A DNA stretch of 64,000 nucleotides, taken from IMG/VR virus record IMGVR_UViG_3300027710_000009, one strand, 5' to 3'. Numbering within the stretch: the stretch's first letter is position 1; the number at the start of each line of letters is the position of its first letter. Made by a program: the position numbers and the translations under genes. This DNA comes from a virus (Duplodnaviria > Heunggongvirae > Uroviricota > Caudoviricetes). Shown one piece after another: positions 48,291 to 58,338 of the stretch. The notes under the pieces are model-generated. The model saw nothing but the letters and a program-made list of their open reading frames with translations, was not told the DNA's origin and did not search any database.

Positions 48291-51200
48291 TTATCCATAA
48301 CTGCTTTGTTGTCCTAGCACACGATAAGTACCGTTGCCTAGGTTTATCAAACTGATACTGACAATGTCAGTGTTGCTGGCTGTGCCTGTTGGTACTGTTG
48401 TGCCTGCCCATCTGATTGTTTGTACGCTGCCACCATTTATTTGAAGATTGGCAATGCGATAAGGAGTAGCGCCTTGATCAATGATCACAGTAAAGCCAGT
48501 CACTGTTGATAGACTGTTTGCAATACCCACAATATTAGCTGTAACGTTGGCAGTGAGCGCGGCATAGAACACTGAACTGTTTGCAAAGTTGAATGTGATA
48601 TTGCCACCTGTGTTAGACACATTGCTGTATGTTTCGTAATAGGAAGCAGTCTGTATTATGTTGCCTGTGGTCATCACACCATTGCTGAGGAAGCTGGTTA
48701 CATAGGCACCTGCTGTGATTGTGGTGTTGCTGGTAGCACCAATGATGTTGCCCACACCTGAAATGTTACCAGCTGATGTGATTGCAATGTTAGCAGTACC
48801 AGAAATATAACCACCTGCAATAACTGCATTGGATGTGTATATGTTTGTGGTATTAACGTTACCTGTGGTTATCGAACCAGTGCCTGACCCAACACTCACT
48901 GCCACTGTGGATGCACCCATGTTGATTGTGGTTGCCGCACCACCCAAGTTGATAGTGGTTGCAGTGGTGTTAAACAATGCGCCAACAGACTGTGATGTTA
49001 TCAAACCACCAGCACCAGCAATGGTCATTGTACCTGCACTGGCAATACTAATACTGTTTTGTGTTGCAAAAGTACTGCCGTTCAAGCTCGCCCATAATCC
49101 AAATCCTTGGACTGAGCCTGCTGTTACAGCACCAGTTGTACCAGCCCAGCTAAAACTACCGCCGCTTATAGAGAACTGTGCGGCTCCGGTTTGTGTGTTT
49201 CTAGCATACATTGCACCATTGGCACCAAAGTAAGCATTGTTTAAGATATAGGTGCCGCCAAGTTGATTGCTACCTGCTCCAATTGTGGTTGTGTTACCAA
49301 TAAACGTTTGTGTAACGTTGGCCTGTAGCGCAGGTCTTGTGACAGGGTTACCAAGGTATATGGCTGTGTTGGCTGCTAGATACGCTGCTACATCTGCATT
49401 GGCATAACTACCTCCACCGCCTGCTACAGTTGATAATATGTTTACGCCATTAGCAAATACCACTGCTTTGTCGTTGGGTATAATCAAGTTGCCGGTTTTG
49501 ATTTCAAGGCCCGCGCTGGTTATCACTGTTCTCTGACCATTGTTGGTAAAGATTTCAACACTTCCAGCTTTGACACCGTATCCATCTTGGCCGTTGCGAT
49601 ACACAGTGATGTCGTTGTCAGCCCAGAGTCTAAACTCCCCGTTGTTGCTGATGGTAGCAGTATTTCCAAATGTGGTTACACCATTGGCTTGTAGCGCAAC
49701 TTCGCTGCCACCGTTGGTTAGTCTGGTGGTTGCATTTGCCGCTGTCTGGAACGCACTGAGTGGAACTGATTTCCAAATTGCAGGCTGAGTTGGATTGGTC
49801 AGTGTGGCGTTACCGCCTGTGGGCGAGCCGTACGGGGTACCAACCCAGGTAATCTGCCAACTGCCGTATCCATCATCGGATATGGTATCAATGGTAAAAT
49901 CGTACCCGCCTTGACTAACGATCCATCCCACTTGTGGAGTTGGGTATGCACCTTGTGTTATAAACAGCGTGTTACTAACTGCACCGCCCCAACCCACTAT
50001 GTAGACATTTGAAGCAAAGGTGCTGGTGCAATAGTAAATGTAGTTGCTGTCCACGCGAACCATGCCAGCTCGGTCGCCTGCGGATCCTGACAGTGTGCTG
50101 GGTGCAGGTCCTGACACTATCAAGTTGGCCACATTTGCTGTGCCAGTTGCTGTTACATTGCCAACATTGATGTCCACATTGCCAAACGCCAAGGGAGCAG
50201 AGTATCGTATTTCAAACGAATTGGTTACACCGTTGACTGCATAGCTGTATCCTAACAATCCGTAACTAAAATCACCAGTGGCATCACTATAGGTTTCAGT
50301 GGTAACTGATGTGCTGATACTGGTCACACCTGTGATTGTGTCAAATATGTTTACGCCATTGGCAAAGTTGTACTGTGTGGCAGTAACATTGCCGTTGGCA
50401 GTGATGCTGGTCACACCATCAATCACACTGGTGGCACTAGAATCAAATATTAAATTACCACCAGTTGGGAATGTTAATGTACCGTCTGCGTCAAAGATCC
50501 ATTCAATGAATGCTTCAGGACCGGTGGTGGCTCCAGTTTGAATAGCAACAGCACCAGTTGTGTCATTGAACGCAACCAAGGCTATGTTGCCTGGTTCAAA
50601 TTCAAACTCACTCCAGCCAATATAGGTAGCGGCATTGCCGGTTGTGGCCACTGTGATCTCAGCATTGGCCTGTGATATTATGGTGCCAGAACCAAGTGGG
50701 TTTGACCCTATTATTAAGTTGCTTGGGAATGTTAGGCTACCAGCATAATCAAAGTTCCATTGATTAGAGTAGTCATCGCCTGTGCGTAGAGTTACATTAC
50801 CACCGTTGTGTGCTATACCATTATATCCTAATCCACCAGATATTATGGTGTCACCACCCGGTATACTACAGCCCTGGGTGTGACCTGCGGTGATGTATAA
50901 ATCGGTTCCTGGACCATTGCCAAATCCGCGATTGGGCTGATCAAGGTTACCTGTGATTGTTAGGTTACCGGCAGTGATATTACCAGTGGCTGGGAATGTT
51001 GTTGTACCGTTGGAATAGAATACATAGTCTGTGGTGTCGGCTGTGATGGTTACATTGGTACCTAGGCCTGTGATATCACTGCCAGAAAATGTGATGTCGC
51101 CGGTGCTGGCTGCAAGATTGCTCAGTATGCTTACACCATTGCTGAATTGGTAAGCAGGACTTCGTATGGAGTCCGTCACTGTGATCACATCCACATTGCC

Positions 51201-51839
51201 AATTCGTGCTGTGCTTGAAGTAAATTCAATGTCCCCATCAAATTCTAACAGGTAACTGGCCACAGTGGCATTTGAGTATGTGCCAGCACCCACTGTGCTG
51301 AGTATGTTTACACCGTTGGCAAAGTTGATGTTGCCATCGGTAGGTAATGTCAAGGTGCCATCTGTGCCAAAGGTCCAAGAATATTGAGTGCTGTTACCTT
51401 GTGAGGCGATTTCAACTCCGCCTCCCCAAGGAAGTTTTACATAATTACTGTCATCACCTAAGAATAAATCAAGGGCCTGCTGTCCACCTTTCATTATATG
51501 GAAATGATCAGCTAGGCCAATTTCAGGACTGTTGCCCAGCAATATTGTACCACGGTCCGTGGTTATTGGTACACCAGAGAAAGTATCAGCATCTCCTATG
51601 GTAGAACCGTTTGGTAATGTTAATGCACCAGTTGATTCAAGACTAACTGTGTTTGCACCGTTGACCAATGTGCTGCCGCTGGTAGTGGCATAGGCCAGTG
51701 CAGTCCAGACTGTGTTGCCATCACCATACTTGACCCGGTTGGTGTCTATTTCTAAACCTGGTTCTCCATCCTCTAGAACAGGATTGACTCTGGTCCAGTT
51801 AGCGGCTGTGTCTCTTCGTAGTTGTATTCTATTTGCCAT
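48291..51839 (-). CDS. Long fibre protein with Mtd_N-like anchor
   Basis: RIQLRRDTAANWTRVNPVLEDGEPGLE; repeated F.NGV.I and W.F..DG.LTLP modules. Confidence 0.8.
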   Translation of the reverse strand: MANRIQLRRDTAANWTRVNPVLEDGEPGLEIDTNRVKYGDGNTVWTALAYATTSGSTLVNGANTVSLESTGALTLPNGSTIGDADTFSGVPITTDRGTILLGNSPEIGLADHFHIMKGGQQALDLFLGDDSNYVKLPWGGGVEIASQGNSTQYSWTFGTDGTLTLPTDGNINFANGVNILSTVGAGTYSNATVASYLLEFDGDIEFTSSTARIGNVDVITVTDSIRSPAYQFSNGVSILSNLAASTGDITFSGSDITGLGTNVTITADTTDYVFYSNGTTTFPATGNITAGNLTITGNLDQPNRGFGNGPGTDLYITAGHTQGCSIPGGDTIISGGLGYNGIAHNGGNVTLRTGDDYSNQWNFDYAGSLTFPSNLIIGSNPLGSGTIISQANAEITVATTGNAATYIGWSEFEFEPGNIALVAFNDTTGAVAIQTGATTGPEAFIEWIFDADGTLTFPTGGNLIFDSSATSVIDGVTSITANGNVTATQYNFANGVNIFDTITGVTSISTSVTTETYSDATGDFSYGLLGYSYAVNGVTNSFEIRYSAPLAFGNVDINVGNVTATGTANVANLIVSGPAPSTLSGSAGDRAGMVRVDSNYIYYCTSTFASNVYIVGWGGAVSNTLFITQGAYPTPQVGWIVSQGGYDFTIDTISDDGYGSWQITWVGTPYGSPTGGNATLTNPTQPAIWKSVPLSAFQTAANATTRLTNGGSEVALQANGVTTFGNTATISNNGEFRLWADNDITVYRNGQDGYGVKAGSVEIFTNNGQRTVITSAGLEIKTGNLIIPNDKAVVFANGVNILSTVAGGGGSYANADVAAYLAANTAIYLGNPVTRPALQANVTQTFIGNTTTIGAGSNQLGGTYILNNAYFGANGAMYARNTQTGAAQFSISGGSFSWAGTTGAVTAGSVQGFGLWASLNGSTFATQNSISIASAGTMTIAGAGGLITSQSVGALFNTTATTINLGGAATTINMGASTVAVSVGSGTGSITTGNVNTTNIYTSNAVIAGGYISGTANIAITSAGNISGVGNIIGATSNTTITAGAYVTSFLSNGVMTTGNIIQTASYYETYSNVSNTGGNITFNFANSSVFYAALTANVTANIVGIANSLSTVTGFTVIIDQGATPYRIANLQINGGSVQTIRWAGTTVPTGTASNTDIVSISLINLGNGTYRVLGQQSSYG

Positions 51840-51840
51840 G

Positions 51841-54800
51841 TTATGCTCCGCCCCCGTTTAATGTGTAATAGGTTGGTTCAGTTATTTCCGCGCCACCTCC
51901 ATTGAACGATGGTGTGTTTACTCCGTATCTTGTTGATGAGAATCCGCCTTCTGCGTAGTCCACTGTGACTTCATATATGGCAGCGGCTGCGCCACCATCC
52001 AGCATCAGGTTGTCCAGTCTTGTATAAGCTGTTTTCTGGAATGTGCCATCACTGAATGTAATGCCAACATTTGATGTTTGTGGCAGGGTCAAATTGCCTG
52101 TGTTTTCAAATGCCCAGGTGTTGGTGCCAACCACTAACTCTATTGGAAGGCGCTCAACTGTGCCATCGCCAATTTCAAAATCAGTTGTGAGTATCTTTAC
52201 ACCGTCACTGTCGGCTCCAGTTTCACCAAGATAACTAACACGATCAATGTCAGCATTCACTGCCACCATGGTGAACATGCCCACTTCAGTGTTGACCATG
52301 CTCACATAGTCGCCACCACCAAATGCCGGGCTGTTGTACTGCGGATCATTTATGCCATAGTATATGCCATTGGATGTGTAAACAGTGGCATTTGCTTGGT
52401 CATTGATGTCATCATAACCACCTAGAGCGTAAACGCCCGCTCCGCCTGGCGTGCCTGACACCTGATGCAGTATCATGTAATTGTGGTTGTCTTCGTTTTG
52501 TGACCAAAATGCCTGGAATGGAGCCAGTTCACCTGAGGTCACTGCGGACACAGTAATTCTCTCAGTTGCGGCATTGGCAGTGGCTGTGAACACACACTCA
52601 CTGAGGTCAGTGCCAATAAAGTTGCCTTGATCGTAGGCGTCGTTGTTGCCTTCAACGATAAAATGTTTTGCAAACAAGTTGTCAAATCTGACACTGGCCA
52701 TGCTGCCTGATCGTGTGAGATTGGTAATTCCGCCAGATCCATTGACCCCAGTCACAGTGATTGTCATGTTGTCATCAGGAGCAATACCACCTAGCACTGT
52801 GCCAGGAACTGTGATAGTGTCGTTGACTTGATATCCAGTGCCTGCAACCAAGATTTGTGTTTCTTCAGACCCACTGTAAGTACGGCCATCATTGTTGTAG
52901 TAGTACACAAAACCTGAGCCAGTGCCCGATGTGGTCATGCCTGCGGTGTTGATCACTGCTTGTATTTCATTGAAATCAAACGGAGTATGCAGAGTGTCGG
53001 CCGGCAAGCTGTCTATCAAATCTGCTTGTGCTGTGTCAAATGCTGTTTGTATGTCAGCAACATCTGTTCGTAAAGTATCGCCATCATACAGAACCAAATC
53101 AATGTAGGTTCGAACAAAAGTTTTGATGTGTTCCAAAGGTATTGGATCGCTGGTGTCGGCGCCGTAGAGGTTAATCACAGCCACATGACTGCTGCCAGTT
53201 ATACCATTGGCAAAGAATGTATCTTCATTGGTGTCATCAGACAGGTTATAGCCACGCATGGCGGCGCTACGACTCAATATGATTTGATTCAGTGATGGAT
53301 CGTCATCTGCGCCGCCATCTTGTTCTGATATTTGATTTACAGTGGCATAGAATCCGCGATAGGCCTTTGAGTTTGAAACGCCAGCAACGATTGCGCCGGG
53401 CACTACCACAGTACCGTTAGCACCAAATGTCCATGTGTGTTCTATGGATGTTGGATCACTTGGATCAAAAGAGCCAGTTATGAGTTGAACAGCACCGTTG
53501 GCAGCAAACGGACTGTTGATTATCATCCCTGCAACAGATGTTGGGTTGCTATAATCATTTACCCATTGTACACCAACACCACCAGCTGATCCTTGTGCCA
53601 AAATGCCTATGAAACTATTGGCAGTTGTTTCTATGACATCGCCGGCGCCTGTGTTTCCCATGGTCATGCCCGACGGGAATGTTAGCATGCCGCTGGTGTC
53701 AAATGTCCAATGCTTGGTATTTGTGTCAGTGCCAATAACAACATCACCGCCGTCTTTTTCAATCTTCACATACTGGTCATCGTCGCCTAGGTATATGTCA
53801 GTTGTTGCGGGATCACCTGCTACCAAGTGGATGTGACTGGTTTCAATAACACCATTGTCGGTGACTGTTATAAAGGCAGTGTTCCAAGGGTTGTCGCCGC
53901 CCACTGTCAATGTAAATGTGGTAGCACTGGTATATTCAGGAATTGGTAGTACTACCGTAGTTGTTTGAGGAAGTTCACCAGCTGGAGAAAAAGCAGGGAA
54001 TGTTCCTGTCAAACTGCCTATGCCCAACTGTTGCGCTGTTGCTCCAGTGATTTCATAAGTTACGCCTGTAATATCAAGACTGGCATCTATATTGTTTAGA
54101 GTAATTGTTAAATTTTGTCCAGGAACAATCGCACCGCTGGCAGTTAAAGTACCACCCGCAGTTGGACGAATAACCAGACTCTGTCCGGCAGCGGCCCCAG
54201 GTGGTGAAATAACTGTGGTGGTTTCTGTTTCACCTATTGTACTACCCAGTGGTAATGTTATGTTTCCATCTGCTTCAAGTACAACTTCATTGGCACCATT
54301 TGTTAATCTATCACTACTTCCGACTCCGTTGCCACCTAGCACACTCTCACCGTCGCTGTTGACAATGTCAGCACCTGCGGGTAGTTTTAGTTTTGGGGAA
54401 TCACCAACGTTATTAAATTCAAATGTTCCACTGCCCACTTGAATGTAAGCCGCACCCGTATCGCCATCACTACTCTCTGCCCATATATAAACGTTGCCGC
54501 TTTGTAGCTGTGCGTATGAACTGGCATTGATATTAACTACATTGCTTGTGGATCCAATCTCATCATCAGTAAATGTGATGTTGCCAGTGTTGGCACCGCC
54601 ACCTGCATCAAAATCGTATTCGCTTTCGCCTGCACGAGTTTCTGCACGGAATGGAATCTGTGTCCAGTCTCCAGCAACAAAGTTGTTGATGGGATCCGCT
54701 GTCTCAGTGGCCCACATGTTCTGTTCTGCCAAGTCTGCCACTTGGCCACTATATCCCGATCCTGCTGTGTCAACAGTGATGTTTCTAATGTATCCTTCGT

Positions 54801-57075
54801 CGTCAATGCCGCTGGATGAATAAGTTGCTGGAGTGAATGATAAATTGTCAGCGTTGCCATTCAAGAAGGCAAAGTGAGCATTGTCAATTATGGTTGGATT
54901 GGTTGCAAAGCTGTAGGACTGATCCCCAGTTTCTTCCACTTGTTCCACAAAGGCCGAACTGGCCACTGCACGAGTCACGCCTGGCAGAATCAAGTTGCCA
55001 GATACGGTGGACTTGATTGCGGCATTGCCAATATACACCGTGCCTGGGCCCACATACAAGTGACGGAAACGATAGAGTGAACTGCCTAGATCAAACACAT
55101 TGTCTGAGTTGGGCAGTATGCTACCAGGTACTGTGAGATTACCGGCGGTGTCTAGTACGGCATTGTACCCACTGTTGAACAGAACACTGATAGGTGCCTG
55201 TGTGTATGCTGTGCGTTGGAATGAGCCGTCACCAAACACAATACCTGTAGTGGATATTGCAGGACTGCTCATGAAATTCATGTTGTTTGGCAAGAACAGG
55301 TTACCGTCTTCTCTAAAGGTCCAAGGTTCTGCATTGGCTGTTATATAAACATTACCATTAGTTGACTTTAATTCAATATCGTTGATACTGCCTGTACCTG
55401 CATTGGATGCGTTGCCAAATACCAATTTGCCATCACCAGCGCCATTGAATAGATAAAACTCTTGAGTATCGCTGTCCAGTATCCAGGCGTTTGTGCCATT
55501 GCCAGTCTCTAATACCCACGAACCAAGTGTAGTTGTTAGTCCATTGTAATATAAAGTAGTTGTAGCACCACCAATCATTGGATCGTAAAAATGCCAATTG
55601 AATCCTTGACCGTTTGGTAGTGTGATGTTGTTGTTAAAGAATCTGGTGTTGTTAGCAAAAATCACGTTGCCAACTGTGATTGGTTTGTTGAATTCAAACG
55701 AGTCACTAACAGATGAATAAGAGATGTTGGCCAGCGCACCAGCCACACGCAGACCAGCACCGTTTGCTGCCGCGCTGTTGATTGCACCATTGGCCACTGT
55801 TATGTACAAATCAGCTACATTCAAAGTGGCTGTATTAACTGTGGTTTGAGTACCATTGACCTGAAGGTTACCAAGTACCACTGCATTGTATGACACAGTT
55901 AGATTGCCAGTGGTTACATTGCCTGCCAGGTACGCGGCTGTGTTAACATTACTATAGACCTGTGTTTGTAGTGTGGTAATAGCAGAGTTAGCCGCGGTGA
56001 TGTTTGCACGAAGCGCATTTATATCTGTAGCCTGTGTACCAGCATTAGCAGTCCATGCAGTGGTAACTGCATCAACATAGCTCTTCATGCCTGTGTTGGC
56101 AGTGACAATAGCTGAGTTGGCTGCTGACACGTTTGCGGTCAGTTGCTGTATTGTTGCAAATCCGGATCCAGTTTGCAAGGTAGCAATGGCTGCATTGGCC
56201 GCGGTAATATTAGCACGTAGGTCGTCAATCTCTGCGTGTGCGGCTGCGGCATTTGCTGTCCATGCAGTGGTAACTGCATCAACATAGCTCTGCATTCCTG
56301 TGTTGGCTGTGATAATAGCACCGTTGGCTGCGGCAACGTTTGCATTGATTGTGTTGATCTGTGTCGCCTGCGTGGCTGCATTGGCCACTGTGCTGTATGT
56401 TGCATTAGCATAGGTATAAAACGGAGCCATGTATGCCGCAACATTGGTGTTCGAGTATGTTCCGCTTTGTGGATTGGCCACTAGATAAGACGCAACATTG
56501 GCATTGCTATAGGTGCTGGCACCACTTACAGGTGCACCGTTTACCAACAATGATCCATCAGCAGTGATACTCAATGGAATGCTATTGATGTAAATGGTGT
56601 TGTTGCTGACCCAGAGATCTTTCCACTGACGTGTGGCACTGCCTAGGCTGTATACTACATTGGCAGAGGGAATAATGTTGCCAGCAACTGTGGTTAGGTA
56701 TGCAACCACATTGGCATTGCTGTAAGTACCTGCGCCGCCACCTGTAAATGTAGCATTGGCATAGGTTTGGAACGCACCAATATTGGCGTTAATGGAGTTG
56801 ATTGCTACTGCTTGAACGGCTGCGTTTGCATTTGCCGCTGTGATTTGTGCTGTGGTTGCATAACCACTTAGGTTAATGTTGCCCACTGCAACGTTGGCAA
56901 GTTCAGCATAGGTGGCCAATCGTGTACCACCCACAACAACTCCGTCATGCACACGTAGAGTTTTCAACGTTGTGTCCATGGTGATTTCACCACGCACGCC
57001 TGTGTAGGTACTGCTTACTGTGGTGTTGCCGCGACCTACTAGGATCTTTTTAATTTGTACGTTTGCTGTAGCCAT
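51841..57075 (-). CDS. Very long fibre protein (~1740 aa)
   Basis: Mtd_N-like GEITMDTTLKTLRVHDG..GG; YSNANV..YL repeats; coiled coil; beta modules. Confidence 0.8.
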   Translation of the reverse strand: MATANVQIKKILVGRGNTTVSSTYTGVRGEITMDTTLKTLRVHDGVVVGGTRLATYAELANVAVGNINLSGYATTAQITAANANAAVQAVAINSINANIGAFQTYANATFTGGGAGTYSNANVVAYLTTVAGNIIPSANVVYSLGSATRQWKDLWVSNNTIYINSIPLSITADGSLLVNGAPVSGASTYSNANVASYLVANPQSGTYSNTNVAAYMAPFYTYANATYSTVANAATQATQINTINANVAAANGAIITANTGMQSYVDAVTTAWTANAAAAHAEIDDLRANITAANAAIATLQTGSGFATIQQLTANVSAANSAIVTANTGMKSYVDAVTTAWTANAGTQATDINALRANITAANSAITTLQTQVYSNVNTAAYLAGNVTTGNLTVSYNAVVLGNLQVNGTQTTVNTATLNVADLYITVANGAINSAAANGAGLRVAGALANISYSSVSDSFEFNKPITVGNVIFANNTRFFNNNITLPNGQGFNWHFYDPMIGGATTTLYYNGLTTTLGSWVLETGNGTNAWILDSDTQEFYLFNGAGDGKLVFGNASNAGTGSINDIELKSTNGNVYITANAEPWTFREDGNLFLPNNMNFMSSPAISTTGIVFGDGSFQRTAYTQAPISVLFNSGYNAVLDTAGNLTVPGSILPNSDNVFDLGSSLYRFRHLYVGPGTVYIGNAAIKSTVSGNLILPGVTRAVASSAFVEQVEETGDQSYSFATNPTIIDNAHFAFLNGNADNLSFTPATYSSSGIDDEGYIRNITVDTAGSGYSGQVADLAEQNMWATETADPINNFVAGDWTQIPFRAETRAGESEYDFDAGGGANTGNITFTDDEIGSTSNVVNINASSYAQLQSGNVYIWAESSDGDTGAAYIQVGSGTFEFNNVGDSPKLKLPAGADIVNSDGESVLGGNGVGSSDRLTNGANEVVLEADGNITLPLGSTIGETETTTVISPPGAAAGQSLVIRPTAGGTLTASGAIVPGQNLTITLNNIDASLDITGVTYEITGATAQQLGIGSLTGTFPAFSPAGELPQTTTVVLPIPEYTSATTFTLTVGGDNPWNTAFITVTDNGVIETSHIHLVAGDPATTDIYLGDDDQYVKIEKDGGDVVIGTDTNTKHWTFDTSGMLTFPSGMTMGNTGAGDVIETTANSFIGILAQGSAGGVGVQWVNDYSNPTSVAGMIINSPFAANGAVQLITGSFDPSDPTSIEHTWTFGANGTVVVPGAIVAGVSNSKAYRGFYATVNQISEQDGGADDDPSLNQIILSRSAAMRGYNLSDDTNEDTFFANGITGSSHVAVINLYGADTSDPIPLEHIKTFVRTYIDLVLYDGDTLRTDVADIQTAFDTAQADLIDSLPADTLHTPFDFNEIQAVINTAGMTTSGTGSGFVYYYNNDGRTYSGSEETQILVAGTGYQVNDTITVPGTVLGGIAPDDNMTITVTGVNGSGGITNLTRSGSMASVRFDNLFAKHFIVEGNNDAYDQGNFIGTDLSECVFTATANAATERITVSAVTSGELAPFQAFWSQNEDNHNYMILHQVSGTPGGAGVYALGGYDDINDQANATVYTSNGIYYGINDPQYNSPAFGGGDYVSMVNTEVGMFTMVAVNADIDRVSYLGETGADSDGVKILTTDFEIGDGTVERLPIELVVGTNTWAFENTGNLTLPQTSNVGITFSDGTFQKTAYTRLDNLMLDGGAAAAIYEVTVDYAEGGFSSTRYGVNTPSFNGGGAEITEPTYYTLNGGGA
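56051..56290. repeat. In-frame duplication with 207-bp period
   Basis: Exact 33-mer gtccatgcagtggtaactgcatcaacatagctc at 56051 and 56258. Confidence 0.85.
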
Positions 57076-57079
57076 TTTA

Positions 57080-57577
57080 TTATAGTTCTCCGGCGTCAAC
57101 TACACCGTCATATATTGCGACTGGAAGTACAGGAGTATTTGAATAGTAGCCACTTAGTACCTGTACAGGTAATCTCACGCTGTAGTTGTCGTCAATGTAC
57201 AATGGCGTTTCGTCGTTGGAAGTCAAGTCAATCAACTTGACTGTGAATTCATAGTGTCTTTGATCTAGTGCATTAACCACTGAAGCTGGTATTGTGAACA
57301 CGCCTAGACCCTTGTTCTGAGTAACAAAATCCACAGTGAAAGTTTCTACTGTGAGTTTGTTTTCTGGATCTTGTATGTCAACTTGCACATCGTAACCAGT
57401 TAGATCAACAGCTTTTTGATCCTGATTTTTGGTCACAATGTGAATAGGGTTATCAATACCCTGGTAGATTTTTATTGTTCTGCTGTACACGATCCTGTTC
57501 CTCGTAGAGAAGATGGCTGGATCTATGACCTGAATTTCTAGGATATTTTTATAAAAAAACGCTTCAATTGTTTGCAT
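57080..57577 (-). CDS. Putative structural protein (Ig/BppU-like fibre adaptor)
   Basis: IKIYQGIDNPI..KNQDQK.VDLTG; first gene of the fibre operon; TAAATA at 57604-57609. Confidence 0.55.
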   Translation of the reverse strand: MQTIEAFFYKNILEIQVIDPAIFSTRNRIVYSRTIKIYQGIDNPIHIVTKNQDQKAVDLTGYDVQVDIQDPENKLTVETFTVDFVTQNKGLGVFTIPASVVNALDQRHYEFTVKLIDLTSNDETPLYIDDNYSVRLPVQVLSGYYSNTPVLPVAIYDGVVDAGEL

Positions 57578-57612
57578 AGGATACTTTTGCCATCTGTATC
57601 CAGTATTTATGG

Positions 57613-58170
57613 TTAAACGGTGTAACGGTAGTTGACCATAATTCCCCAGCTTTCGTCCTGGCGGATGTCGCTGGCGTCTGCGTCAAAGTTAACTGCATGT
57701 AGGCTAGCACCATTGCCCAAATGGAACTTGGCCACAGGATCTTTGCGTAGAGCAATAAACTCACGCACTTGTTCTTCAGTGGGCTGAGTATCAAAGTGCT
57801 TGCGCAAGCTGGGAATAGGGCTTAGTGTGTAGAAATTCTTCACACCTTGTGCGCTAAAATGATTCACAGCTTCTCTTAATGCTCTAGCACCCACGCCCAT
57901 TAGTGCGTCAGGCAAACGGAAGATGGTGTAGAACATGGCAGTCAAACCTTCTTCTTTGCTGTCTACAAAGATGTCTTTCATGCTTCGTACCAAATCGTCA
58001 CTTACCTTGGTGCAAATCATGCATTGGTGTTGCTCGTCTTCGTCGTACATGAGCACAGTACGTGTGCCCACTGCGCGAGATTCTTTGGCAATGGTTGGAT
58101 GAACAGGGTCATGGCTGATGAGTTCTAGCCATTGCTTGTCAAATTTTTCTGAGTTGGATGGGATGATCAT
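57613..58170 (-). CDS. Minimal malonyl-CoA decarboxylase catalytic domain
   Basis: AMFYTI, FYTLSPIP, DPVAKFHLGNGA, SWGIMVNYRY. Confidence 0.8.
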   Translation of the reverse strand: MIIPSNSEKFDKQWLELISHDPVHPTIAKESRAVGTRTVLMYDEDEQHQCMICTKVSDDLVRSMKDIFVDSKEEGLTAMFYTIFRLPDALMGVGARALREAVNHFSAQGVKNFYTLSPIPSLRKHFDTQPTEEQVREFIALRKDPVAKFHLGNGASLHAVNFDADASDIRQDESWGIMVNYRYTV

Positions 58171-58214
58171 GGAAATTTCCTAGTTGAGTTATATGCGTAT
58201 TTATTACAGTCGTG

Positions 58215-58237
58215 AAAAAAGGGGCCGTAGCCCCTTT
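58215..58237 (-). terminator. Terminator after tRNA-Ser
   Basis: AAAGGGGC-TACG-GCCCCTTTTTT on minus. Confidence 0.8.
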
Positions 58238-58247
58238 ATTCTATGTT

Positions 58248-58337
58248 TGGCGGAAGCGGTGAGATTCGAACTCACGGTGCCTTTCGACACGACAGTTTTC
58301 AAGACTGTTGCAATAAACCGGACTCTGCCACACTTCC
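58248..58337 (-). tRNA. tRNA-Ser(TGA)
   Basis: Cloverleaf, long variable arm, G73, encoded CCA. Confidence 0.93.
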
Positions 58338-58338
58338 A

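Noticed and set aside
38519-57075. Diversity-generating retroelement suggested by Mtd_N-like domains
   Set aside because: No reverse transcriptase and no template/variable repeat pair differing at adenines was seen; Mtd_N is only an anchor module
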